A stretch of 64,000 nucleotides of DNA, from IMG/VR virus record IMGVR_UViG_2862281513_000001, positions 1 to 64,000 of that record; one strand, 5' to 3'. A model generated the notes under the pieces. The model saw only the letters and a program-made list of their open reading frames with translations, was not told the DNA's origin and did no database searches. The stretch comes from a virus. Taxonomy: Duplodnaviria > Caudoviricetes. Below are positions 34,981 to 43,556 of the stretch, piece by piece. Position 1 is the stretch's first letter. Each line of letters starts with the position of its first letter. Made by a program: the position numbers and the translations under genes.

Positions 34981-36615
34981 TCAGGCGATCGGGCAGGTGA
35001 CGCCGAGCTGCTCGCCGGTGCGGCCGTCGGGGCAGACCGGGACGGTGACGACGCGGGCCTCGTTGTTCCGGGCGATGAGCGCGGTGCACTCCTCGGTGAA
35101 CAAGGCCGTGTAGTCGTTCGTCGAGAACTTCGTCGAGTCGTGGATCACGCCCAGCGAGATCTCGCCGCCGCGCCCTGCCTCGAAGGTGCCGGCCGGGTAG
35201 ATCAGGAACGGGATGGACGTCGGCCAGTCGGTGGCCGGGGTCGGGCCGCCGATGTCGGTCGGGACGGCCGGGGTCAGGCCGCGCGCCCACTGCACGCTGA
35301 TGCCGAGCTGCGCGAACGCGTTGACGACGCACGCGATGTCGATGTCGTCGCAGCTGACGCCGTTCTGGCGGGCGATGTCTGCCAGGAACAGGTTCTTCGC
35401 CCACCAGGGGAAGACGACCTCGATGTTGATGTTCTGGCAGAGGCTCAGCTTCTCCGTCATGTCGCTGGCCTGGAGGGCGACCGCGGCGAAGATGGCGGAG
35501 AACGCGCCGAACGTGGCGGCGATCGTGACGGCGGTGGAGGCGGCCACGGCCTGCGTGAACAATTCCTGGCGGATGCGGATCTCGTGCGCGACCATCGCCA
35601 GCGACTGGTAGTACGCCACCAGCTCCGGGAAGTGCCGCTGCGTCAGGATGCCGGACTCCAGGCACGCGCCGACCGCGTCACAGCGGACCTCGACCGGCTC
35701 CGGGCAGGGGATGCGGAAGCAGGGCTTGACCGCGCCGGAGATGTCGTCGGCCTCGGTGTGAATCCACGTCATGGCGGCGACGTCGAGCGACGGCATCGGG
35801 AAGTAGCGCAGGCCGCCGCGGGCGAGCTGGATCTCGGGCAGGTCCCACAGCATCTCCGGGCAGGACATGTTGGTGAGGGTGTAGACCGTCTCGGACGGCG
35901 CACACCATCCGCCGCTCGCGACGAGGTCGCCGCCGTTGAGACGGGACTGGTCGCCGGCGAGGACGACCGCACGCGTGCCCTCCGTGCCCGAGGAGCTGTC
36001 GTTGACGATGAGCTGCTGCGGGAACGGCAGCCGGTAGGAGGCGGTCAGGCCCACGCCGCCACCGGCGGTCTTGAGGGCGTTGGCGCGCCGGATGATGCCC
36101 TCGGTGACGCCCTCCATGTCGAGGGGCTGGCCCGGCTGGTAGCCGGGGACGTCGACGGAGGCGGTGATCTCCGGGCGCGGGTTGGGGTCGGCGGGCAGTA
36201 CGCGCGGCTGGTGAGCCCGGACCCGCGACAGGTCCAGGGCGCGGGACTTGACGGCGGCGGAGGCGGTGACGGGCTCCTTGGCCGGCTCGGCGGCGGGCTC
36301 GGCAGCCGGCTCGGCCGGGTTCTCGGCGGCGGGCTCGGTGGTGGCGGCTTCCTGCCCGCCCTCGTCGCCGCGGACGGTCGCGGCGAGCGCCTCGATCTCG
36401 GCGGCGGCCTTCTGGGCGGCCTCGATGCGCTCCGCCTTCTCGGTACGGATGTTCTCGACCGCGGTGGCCAGCTCGCGAAGCTGGGTCAGGTCGTCGCTGG
36501 TGACGGTGCTGCTGCCAGCCTTGGCGTCGAACGCCTTGACCGCGCCGTCGAGAAGGTTGTCCAGCTCTTCGTCGCTGAGGGTGGTGATGTCCTCGGGAAG
36601 CGAGAACTCTTCCAT
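34981..36615 (-). CDS. Major capsid protein with N-terminal scaffold-like region
   Basis: Coiled-coil/EPAA N-terminus, then LVASGGWCAPSE and DST..TNDY motifs seen in actinophage capsids. Confidence 0.85.
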   Translation of the reverse strand: MEEFSLPEDITTLSDEELDNLLDGAVKAFDAKAGSSTVTSDDLTQLRELATAVENIRTEKAERIEAAQKAAAEIEALAATVRGDEGGQEAATTEPAAENPAEPAAEPAAEPAKEPVTASAAVKSRALDLSRVRAHQPRVLPADPNPRPEITASVDVPGYQPGQPLDMEGVTEGIIRRANALKTAGGGVGLTASYRLPFPQQLIVNDSSSGTEGTRAVVLAGDQSRLNGGDLVASGGWCAPSETVYTLTNMSCPEMLWDLPEIQLARGGLRYFPMPSLDVAAMTWIHTEADDISGAVKPCFRIPCPEPVEVRCDAVGACLESGILTQRHFPELVAYYQSLAMVAHEIRIRQELFTQAVAASTAVTIAATFGAFSAIFAAVALQASDMTEKLSLCQNINIEVVFPWWAKNLFLADIARQNGVSCDDIDIACVVNAFAQLGISVQWARGLTPAVPTDIGGPTPATDWPTSIPFLIYPAGTFEAGRGGEISLGVIHDSTKFSTNDYTALFTEECTALIARNNEARVVTVPVCPDGRTGEQLGVTCPIA

Positions 36616-36649
36616 GGGGCCGGTCTCCAAATGATCGATCTTGGAGACC

Positions 36650-36685
36650 CGGCCCAAAACCAGCGGTCGTCTGTAGCAGATAGTA
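36650..36685 (-). promoter_or_regulatory. Late leader motif copy 9 with -10 TACTAT
   Basis: ACCGCTGGTTTTGGGCCG at 36667-36650, then a GGGCCGG-GTCTCCAA/TTGGAGAC-CGGCCC stem up to the capsid ATG. Confidence 0.85.
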
Positions 36686-36727
36686 GCCCGCTGGTCCGGA
36701 AGTTTCGGGTGAACTATGCGTCAGGGG

Positions 36728-37504
36728 CTACTGAGTGAATCGACGCCTCGGGTGCATGGGCTCGGCCGGCCGCTCTCCCGTGAGTAGGAACTTGGCTATA
36801 ACTTCCGCGTAATCACGCCTGAGCAGGTTGCCGTGCACCACCTTACTTACCGTGACAATCCCCAAACCGAGATTGTCAGCGATGGTGCGCACAGTGACCA
36901 CGCCCGCCCGCCTGCGCAGTTCGTCCCATACGAATCCCATATGGGGGAGGACCGACAGCACCGTCACAAGTTCGGTCGTGGACAGGGCATCAAGGAGGTC
37001 GGCCGCCGTAACAGCCTCCCAGAACCCGACCGCCGCAGTTCCTCCCTCGGCTACCGGCCCTAGGAACGGATTCGACATCAGCAGCGCGCGAGCGGCCTGC
37101 TGCTCACCCACGAGTTCTGACGGATCCGCTTGCAAGAGATCATCAATGAACCACTGCGACGGCCCCCTCCCGAAGTACGCCTGACGCATGCCTGGTGGAT
37201 GCTCCTTGCCATCCGAGGCAGCGGCACTCAGCAGTTCGATTTGTTCTTCGGTCTCGCTGCGAAGCAACAGCCATTCTCGATGGTTACCGTTCCAGGCGGT
37301 CACGAGAGCCGCGAGGACAGGCCTCGTTGGGATCCGCTGTCCCCTCAACGCTGCGTAGAGCGTCGACTTCGGGATCTGCGTCTCTTTGGAGATCGCTTCG
37401 ACCGTCTTGGCGTCGAAGCCAGCCTCATCCCGCAGGCGGCGGAGAGCGCGGGCGAATCGGGCCTGCGGACTGTCGTCATTGAGCGGTGTTGCTCGACGCG
37501 GCAT
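36728..37504 (-). CDS. XRE-family HTH protein with a second HTH-like region (moron)
   Basis: FARALRRLRDEAG..IPKSTLYAALRGQRIP; lower GC3. Confidence 0.75.
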   Translation of the reverse strand: MPRRATPLNDDSPQARFARALRRLRDEAGFDAKTVEAISKETQIPKSTLYAALRGQRIPTRPVLAALVTAWNGNHREWLLLRSETEEQIELLSAAASDGKEHPPGMRQAYFGRGPSQWFIDDLLQADPSELVGEQQAARALLMSNPFLGPVAEGGTAAVGFWEAVTAADLLDALSTTELVTVLSVLPHMGFVWDELRRRAGVVTVRTIADNLGLGIVTVSKVVHGNLLRRDYAEVIAKFLLTGERPAEPMHPRRRFTQ

Positions 37505-37697
37505 CTGGTCTACACCTGTTGTCTCGTATTGAGCGCAGATTGTCGGCGCATTCTCTCGACCCCCTTATCAGGGGGGCAAGGCCGCCCGAAACTACAGGCA
37601 GACAAGCCAGTGACCGCCAGGCGCCTCTAGCTCCCAAAGCATGTTGAGGACACCCGACGGCCAGACCGCCGCTCGCGCGGCAGATAGGACGACACCA

Positions 37698-37910
37698 GTG
37701 CTGACGCCCTGCAACCATGATGAACCGCTCCACCCCCTCCACCGCAAGCGCCGTCTCAAGCTCATCCTCGTCGGCGTAGTCGTCGTCGGCGCCGCTTCGG
37801 TCCTGCCGCCCGACCAAGTGAGTGCCGTCTCGCAGGCGGTCGGTGCCGCCGCGGCTTCGACGGTGGTGCTCCGTGGCACCAGGGAAGGGGGCGGGGTGAT
37901 GGTCGGCTGA
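37698..37910 (+). CDS. Small membrane protein
   Basis: RKRR followed by a hydrophobic helix; divergent from the HTH gene; start uncertain. Confidence 0.45.
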   Translation: MLTPCNHDEPLHPLHRKRRLKLILVGVVVVGAASVLPPDQVSAVSQAVGAAAASTVVLRGTREGGGVMVG

Positions 37911-37925
37911 CCCTGAGCACCGCAC

Positions 37926-37955
37926 GAGGCCCCTCGGCACCGGTCGAGGGGCCTC
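37926..37955. terminator. Bidirectional terminator-like hairpin
   Basis: GAGGCCCCTCG/CGAGGGGCCTC between convergent genes. Confidence 0.7.
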
Positions 37956-37972
37956 CTGCGTTCCCTTTTCGG

Positions 37973-38158
37973 CTACTTGGCGGTCGACTCGGCCGCGTTC
38001 TTCGGCGGCACTTCGCGGATGACGCTCCCGGCGTACCGCTTACCGACGCTCTCGGCGGTGGGCTTGCTCGCCGAGGCGAACACCACCTTCTCTCGGCCGT
38101 CGGTGGTCACGACGACTTCGTAGCGGGTCTTGTTGCCACCCTTGCAGGCGCATCCCAT
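37973..38158 (-). CDS. Small MGCAC-start virion-module protein
   Basis: 61 aa, coupled to the upstream gene. Confidence 0.7.
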   Translation of the reverse strand: MGCACKGGNKTRYEVVVTTDGREKVVFASASKPTAESVGKRYAGSVIREVPPKNAAESTAK

Positions 38159-38159
38159 C

Positions 38160-41100
38160 TCAGATCACTCCGTTCGTTACGGCGACGGTCTCAGCGGCCG
38201 GGTGCTGCGCGACGAGCGCGGCCATCTCCTCGATCTCTGTGCGCCGTTCCTCCTGGCGGCGGGTCACGGCGTCGGTGAGGAGGTCGACGAGGGGCCCGGA
38301 CGCGAGGGCTGCGGCGAGCGCCTCGACGTCGACCTGGACGACCGGCGCCCCGGCGTCCGGATGCCGTCCGGACGCTCCGTCCGGACGCTGTCCGGGCAGG
38401 TCAACGCTGATGTCCGTCGAACTCGCGAACGCCGTCCGGATGTCGTCCGGATGCTCGTCCGGACGGGTGTCCGGAGAAGGTTCGGATGCCTCGTCCGTGA
38501 GCGGGAGGAGGCCCGCGGCGGAGGCGGCGAGCGCCAGGTTCGACCGCTCGGCGACCGCATGGAGGGCGGCCAGCAGCGGCGTCGAGTGGCCGGGCACGGG
38601 CACGGTCAGCACGGCCCGCAGCTGCCACGACCCGTCTCGGGCCTGCCGCAGGTGGTACGACGGCTGGCACGCCGCGAACACCGCCCGGTCCCATTCCGAC
38701 AGCCACGGCGCCGCCGCACCGCTGAACCACAGGCCGCGCTCGTTGAGGCCGACGGTAACGATCGCCCCGACGGTCCTGCTGTCGTCGAACTGGCAGGCCG
38801 CCGTCTCACACTCGGCGCCGTCCCTGTGGTGGCCCACGTTCATGGTCATCGCGCCGACCCGGGCGAACGAGCCGTCGTCGAGCTGGAACTTCGCCCGCAG
38901 GAAGTGCGAGAAGTCGAAGCCCTCCGCGGCGAGCTTGCGCACTGTCAGGTTCTTGCCCGGGTAGCCGGCGTGCGGCTCGTCGATGGTGGCGACCCACCCG
39001 TAGGCGCGGCCGTCCTTCAGGTGGACGCCGCCCGCGCCGTCGGGGAGTTCCTCCTCGGTCGGCTCGGCGAACCAGGCGGCGGGCATCGGCGGCATCTGCT
39101 GCATGGCCGTCCACGCGGACGCCTCAAGCTCGTCCTCGACACCGGCTGCGGACGCGCGACGGTCGATGACCAGGGTGTCGGGCTCCCAGTCCGAGATCCG
39201 GTCCTCGAAGCCGCTGCCGGAGGAGGCCGCCGTGAGGGCGAGTGCCAGCCCTGCGAGCGCACCCGAGGCCATCCGGCCGTTGATGATCTCGACGTCGTAG
39301 ACCGCCGTCTCCAGCGGGTCTTCCGGCTCGTTGGCGGCCGTGACCCGGAACTGCGTGCCCGGCGCGGTGATCCACTCCGCTTCGGACTTCTCACCGCCGA
39401 GGGCGGTCACGTCGAGGGCCTGCGTGCCCTTGGGGGCCTTGATCCTGAACAGGGAGCCGCCGACGCCGGTCATGCCGCGCGCTACGTCCTCGTCGTCGGA
39501 CATGCTGGTGAAGCCCTTGTCGTGGAACTCGTCGCCGGGCTTCAAGCCGAGGCGGAGCTGCCGGGTCCCCCGGAACATGCTCCTGTCCTCGCTCAGCGGG
39601 TCCTGAATGCTGATCAGGTCGCTGAGGGCAGAGATCCGGTGACGGGTCTCGTCCAGCGATGCCCGCTGAGGCTCGGCGTCTCGGCGGAGCAGGGCGTTCA
39701 TGTCCCGGTAGGCGCGGCCCTGGTAGTCGAGCATGGCGTCCAGGTGCTGCTCCTCGCTGAACAGGTTGCTCCCCGCCCAGCCGCCGCCCGCGTGCTGCGT
39801 CCTGCGCGACTCGCGGGCATTGCGGCCACTGGGGTGGTACTTGCGGTAGCTGGGCCGCCCAGGCGTGCCGTGGAACTCGTCCTCGGCGATCCGCTCTTCA
39901 CCGCTCGCGGTCTTCTCGCCCTCCGGCAGGGTCGACGGCCCGCAGAACAGGCCGGGCGCCAGGCGGACGATCCGGCCGTCCTTCGCCGCCCCGTTGAGGT
40001 GCCCGCGCGCGGTACTCATGGCCATACCGAGCGCGTTGGAGACTTCCCGGGCGCCGACGGCGGCCGGTGAGGTGCACACGTAGCGGACGACCCGGTCTCG
40101 GGTCTCCCCCGCCGCGGTGATGTCCGGCACCGGCGCGGCCGCGGTCTCGTCGAGCGGGTCGAGGACGATCTTGGCGTCCTTGAAGGCGGGCATCGACACG
40201 AGCGTGGCGCCGCGCAACCGGGCATCGGTGATGCGCAGCAGGAACTCGCCGGCCTTCTGCTCGTGGATGACCAGCCCGGACTCCGGGTCGTCCGCGTCAC
40301 CGGCCGCCGCGGTGAGAGCGCCGGTGCCGTTGAAGGCCTGCGCGATCGCCGCGGCGGTGAGTACGCCGCCGGGGCCGGTGATGAGCTGGACGTCGTAGCG
40401 GCTGCGGGAGAACGCCTCACCGGCCGCCGTCCACTCGGCCCGGGTGGAGGCGGACAGCATCACCGAGCCGTCCTCCATGCTCATCACGCTTGCCTGTGCG
40501 AGCGTCGCCGACGCGAACAGCCACTCCGCGTCCTCGGGGCTGAGGGTCTTGTCGACGAGCTGGATGCTGACGTTGTCCAGGTCCACGCTGATACCGAGCG
40601 GCGCCTCCTCCTCAAGGAGCTGCACCGCGTCGAGCCCGGCCGGCTGGTTGAGGTACAGCGCACCGGAGGCGGTGATGCGCTTGCCGTCCCGCTTCACCTT
40701 CTTGATGGCGCCGGCCAGGCGGGCGCCCTGGTGGCCCATCAGCATCTCGTCGGCATGCTGGAGCGGCTGCGGCTGCCGGTCCCACTTCAGGGCGCCCTTG
40801 GTGAAGATCCGGCCGTCGCCGGTCTCCTCGTCCTCGTAGGCGATCGCCCACGGGTCGGGCGTCGACCAGGTACGAACCGTCAGCGGAACGAAGTCGGGGG
40901 CCGCGGTGGCGGCGGCCTTGGCGTCAGGCATGGGTTCTTCCTCCTGCTGGGGGCCGAGGGGGATGTCGGTGTGCTCGTCCCCGAAGGCGACGCGCAGCCT
41001 GTCGAAGGTCACGGGGCCGACTCTCGCGAGCAGCTCGCTGTACGGCCCGCTCTCCGCCGTGTAGACGGCGCAGGTGTGGGCCGTCCACGGGGAGTGCTGG

Positions 41101-42329
41101 CGGGGCACGTCGGGATGCTCGGTGTCGGCGAGCGCCACGGTGACGGCCTGGCGGGCGTCGCCGAGGGTCGGGGCGTCGTCGGGCCGGTCTCGGCTGTCGC
41201 TGATGGTCCACACCCACGACGGCTTGTCGGTGTCGGTGTTCCAGTGGGCTGCGCCGGTGGCGTGCCCGGCGATGGGGCCGCCGAGGTCCCCGGCCGCCGT
41301 CGTGAGGGCCTGGATGAAGTCGGCGCGCTGGGCCTCGGTCCACTGGCCGGCGTCGTCACCGAGGAAGAACATCGTGCAGTGCAGCTCGTCGACGGGCTCA
41401 CCGCCCTCGATGGCCAGGCGCTCGGCGTCGGCGGGGGTGGGCATGAGGGCCACCATCGCGCCGGACAGGTGACTTCCATCAGCTGCGGCCGTGGAGTCCC
41501 TGGCATTCTCAAGTGCCGCCGTCGGGGCCACTTGAGAATCGAAGGCCGACGACCGCACCTCGGGGTGGACTCGCAGCACGCACCGGCAGTTGACGACCTG
41601 TGAGGCCGGGGCGCTGGGGTCGTGGGGGGCGTTCATCTTCGAGGAGCCCACGCTGAACTCCTCGTCCAGCAGCAGGACCGTGCCGTTGACCTCGCGGTGG
41701 TCGTGCCGGACACGCGTGTCGGCCTTGGTGACCCACTGCTTGACCAGGGGCCGGTCCTGGCCGGTGGCCGCCCTCGCTGCGCCCAGCGTGGCCGTGTTCC
41801 AGGCCCGGCCGGCTTCGGTACGCGCGATGCCTTCCTCACGGTCCGGGCCGAGCTGCGAGCCCTCCCGGGCGAACCGCTCACGCAGGCGTGCCCGCAGCTG
41901 GTCGATGGACTCGCCCGCGTCGACGCCCGCGGCGAGTTCCTCCCGGGCGGCCTCCGCGAGCCGGTCACCGACCGCGCGCATCAGGTGCTCGGTGACGGTG
42001 ACGTACTCGCTCATCGCCGGCGGCAGGTCGCGGCCGTCCTGGTACCGGCCTTCCAGGTCGTGCCACTCCTCGGGGAGTTCACTGTCGGTTGCCTCCGCGG
42101 TGTGGGCGGCGGCCTGCTCCGACACGCGCAGCAGGCGGCGCACGAGGCGCGGCACCCGCTCCGTGAACATCGCGGCGATCCGGGACACGGAGAACCGTGC
42201 GGCGACGAGCTCGGTGGCGTCGGCCAGCTCCTGGGCGAACTCGTCGGCAACCTCGCCCAGGACGGCCGACACCTCGTCGGCTACCTGCTGTTCGGCGTCT
42301 TCCAGGAGCTGGAACAGGTCGTCAGCCAT
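38160..42329 (-). CDS. Head morphogenesis polyprotein: MuF + 2H phosphoesterase-like + protease-like + HTH + VIP2-like ADP-ribosyltransferase + C-terminal domain
   Basis: IARTE, KQW..DTRVRHDH and NCRC (MuF); LHCTMFFLG and AHTC (2H); ETGDGR, MGH and GISVD (protease-like); FRG, FTSMS and EAE (ART). Confidence 0.85.
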   Translation of the reverse strand: MADDLFQLLEDAEQQVADEVSAVLGEVADEFAQELADATELVAARFSVSRIAAMFTERVPRLVRRLLRVSEQAAAHTAEATDSELPEEWHDLEGRYQDGRDLPPAMSEYVTVTEHLMRAVGDRLAEAAREELAAGVDAGESIDQLRARLRERFAREGSQLGPDREEGIARTEAGRAWNTATLGAARAATGQDRPLVKQWVTKADTRVRHDHREVNGTVLLLDEEFSVGSSKMNAPHDPSAPASQVVNCRCVLRVHPEVRSSAFDSQVAPTAALENARDSTAAADGSHLSGAMVALMPTPADAERLAIEGGEPVDELHCTMFFLGDDAGQWTEAQRADFIQALTTAAGDLGGPIAGHATGAAHWNTDTDKPSWVWTISDSRDRPDDAPTLGDARQAVTVALADTEHPDVPRQHSPWTAHTCAVYTAESGPYSELLARVGPVTFDRLRVAFGDEHTDIPLGPQQEEEPMPDAKAAATAAPDFVPLTVRTWSTPDPWAIAYEDEETGDGRIFTKGALKWDRQPQPLQHADEMLMGHQGARLAGAIKKVKRDGKRITASGALYLNQPAGLDAVQLLEEEAPLGISVDLDNVSIQLVDKTLSPEDAEWLFASATLAQASVMSMEDGSVMLSASTRAEWTAAGEAFSRSRYDVQLITGPGGVLTAAAIAQAFNGTGALTAAAGDADDPESGLVIHEQKAGEFLLRITDARLRGATLVSMPAFKDAKIVLDPLDETAAAPVPDITAAGETRDRVVRYVCTSPAAVGAREVSNALGMAMSTARGHLNGAAKDGRIVRLAPGLFCGPSTLPEGEKTASGEERIAEDEFHGTPGRPSYRKYHPSGRNARESRRTQHAGGGWAGSNLFSEEQHLDAMLDYQGRAYRDMNALLRRDAEPQRASLDETRHRISALSDLISIQDPLSEDRSMFRGTRQLRLGLKPGDEFHDKGFTSMSDDEDVARGMTGVGGSLFRIKAPKGTQALDVTALGGEKSEAEWITAPGTQFRVTAANEPEDPLETAVYDVEIINGRMASGALAGLALALTAASSGSGFEDRISDWEPDTLVIDRRASAAGVEDELEASAWTAMQQMPPMPAAWFAEPTEEELPDGAGGVHLKDGRAYGWVATIDEPHAGYPGKNLTVRKLAAEGFDFSHFLRAKFQLDDGSFARVGAMTMNVGHHRDGAECETAACQFDDSRTVGAIVTVGLNERGLWFSGAAAPWLSEWDRAVFAACQPSYHLRQARDGSWQLRAVLTVPVPGHSTPLLAALHAVAERSNLALAASAAGLLPLTDEASEPSPDTRPDEHPDDIRTAFASSTDISVDLPGQRPDGASGRHPDAGAPVVQVDVEALAAALASGPLVDLLTDAVTRRQEERRTEIEEMAALVAQHPAAETVAVTNGVI
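38354..38486. repeat. TCCGGA array B embedded in coding sequence
   Basis: TCCGGA at 38356, 38367, 38380, 38435, 38446, 38458, 38470 plus variants; CAGGTCA in the spacer. Confidence 0.85.
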
Positions 42330-42579
42330 CGGTGCCCTCCTGTGTCGCACCGGCGAGGGTCACGGAGTTGTCGGCGGCACGGAGGAAGCCCCACATCCCG
42401 AGCGGGATCGTCCCGTACCCCGTGTCGGCGGTGAGGGTGACGTAGACGCTGGCCTCCTCGCCGTCGGGGAGCTGGTCGAAGTGGGTGACCGCCACCGCGG
42501 CGGCGTCCTGGATGAGGCCGACGATGGCGGCCGCGTGCTCGGGTGAGGCGTCGTCCGTCAGGAAGGCCGGCTCAGCCAT
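42322..42579 (-). CDS. Hypothetical protein
   Basis: Overlapping start/stop coupling on both sides. Confidence 0.7.
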   Translation of the reverse strand: MAEPAFLTDDASPEHAAAIVGLIQDAAAVAVTHFDQLPDGEEASVYVTLTADTGYGTIPLGMWGFLRAADNSVTLAGATQEGTDG

Positions 42580-42814
42580 CGGCGCTCACCTTCTCGGCCT
42601 CCCGGCTGGGGACGGTCACACGGTCGGGCGTCGGCGTCTCGTCGATGGCCTGGTTGTCGCGCTGCCGCCAGGCGAGGAGTTCCTCCCAGACCTCCCGGCC
42701 TGGGCAGCGGGAGCACCAGCCGAACGCCCGGTGCCCTGCGCGGGAGTGGCCGGGCGGGGCGACGTGCAGCTTTGGCTGCTCCACCACCGTCAGCTCGTCA
42801 GTTCCGTCGCTCAC
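42572..42814 (-). CDS. Small HxxxxH-CxxC protein
   Basis: GHSRAGHRAFGWCSRC; paralogue of 42998..43372. Confidence 0.65.
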   Translation of the reverse strand: MSDGTDELTVVEQPKLHVAPPGHSRAGHRAFGWCSRCPGREVWEELLAWRQRDNQAIDETPTPDRVTVPSREAEKVSADG

Positions 42815-43005
42815 TGCTGGTCTCCCTGGGGGGTGTTGGGGCAGGGTTCGAGGCGGGTGAGGTAGAGCGTCGTGGGCCCGCTCGTCGCGATCGGCCCGTC
42901 GGGGCCGTTCAGGGTGAAGCCGAGGACGTCGAGGGGGCGGGCTTCGAGGACCTGGAGGCCCCCGCAGGCCGCGCACAGGGAGAGGTCGCGACGGCACTCA
43001 GCCAC
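42811..43005 (-). CDS. Small Cys-containing hypothetical protein
   Basis: GGAGG RBS before GTG 43005; CAAC. Confidence 0.55.
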   Translation of the reverse strand: MAECRRDLSLCAACGGLQVLEARPLDVLGFTLNGPDGPIATSGPTTLYLTRLEPCPNTPQGDQQ

Positions 43006-43372
43006 TGGTGACCTCCTGGGCCGTCTCGCAGCCGAAGCAGAACGCGAACCGGCCGACCTCATGCACGCCCTGAGGGGTGGTCACGGTGAAACCGGCGTCG
43101 AGGACGGTGTCGCTGCGCCCGCAGCTGGGGCAGTCGACGGTTCGTGAGTTGACGTCGGCGATGAGAGGGCCGCCACCCTCGTCGTCCTCGTCGTCGCCGT
43201 CCGGCGTGGCCGTCGAGGCGTGCTGGGCGGCTTCGTAGCGGGCCTCCTCGTGGACCTGCCAGGCGGCCAGCTCCTCGGCGACGGTCCGGCCGTGGCAGAG
43301 GGAGCAGAAGCCGTGCACGCGGTGCGAGGGGTTCGAATGGCCGAGGGGGGCCGCCCGCATGAGGTCACCCAC
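42998..43372 (-). CDS. Small Zn-binding protein
   Basis: GHSNPSHRVHGFCSLC plus CPSC...CFGC. Confidence 0.65.
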   Translation of the reverse strand: MGDLMRAAPLGHSNPSHRVHGFCSLCHGRTVAEELAAWQVHEEARYEAAQHASTATPDGDDEDDEGGGPLIADVNSRTVDCPSCGRSDTVLDAGFTVTTPQGVHEVGRFAFCFGCETAQEVTSG

Positions 43373-43556
43373 GGTCGTCCTCCTCGTCGTTGCAGATCTC
43401 GCACGCCGTCCAGGTGCCGACGACGGACACGCCGCCCGGGGTGAGCATGAGGATGTCGCCGGTGGTGCGCGTCCACGCCTTGCACGTCTTGCACCAGTCC
43501 TCGCGGGCCGGGCCCGGGGTGACGATCACGGTCAGGGGCGCCGGGGAGGCCATCAC
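43365..43556 (-). CDS. Small Zn-ribbon protein
   Basis: CKTC...CEIC; overlaps the portal stop. Confidence 0.6.
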   Translation of the reverse strand: MMASPAPLTVIVTPGPAREDWCKTCKAWTRTTGDILMLTPGGVSVVGTWTACEICNDEEDDRG

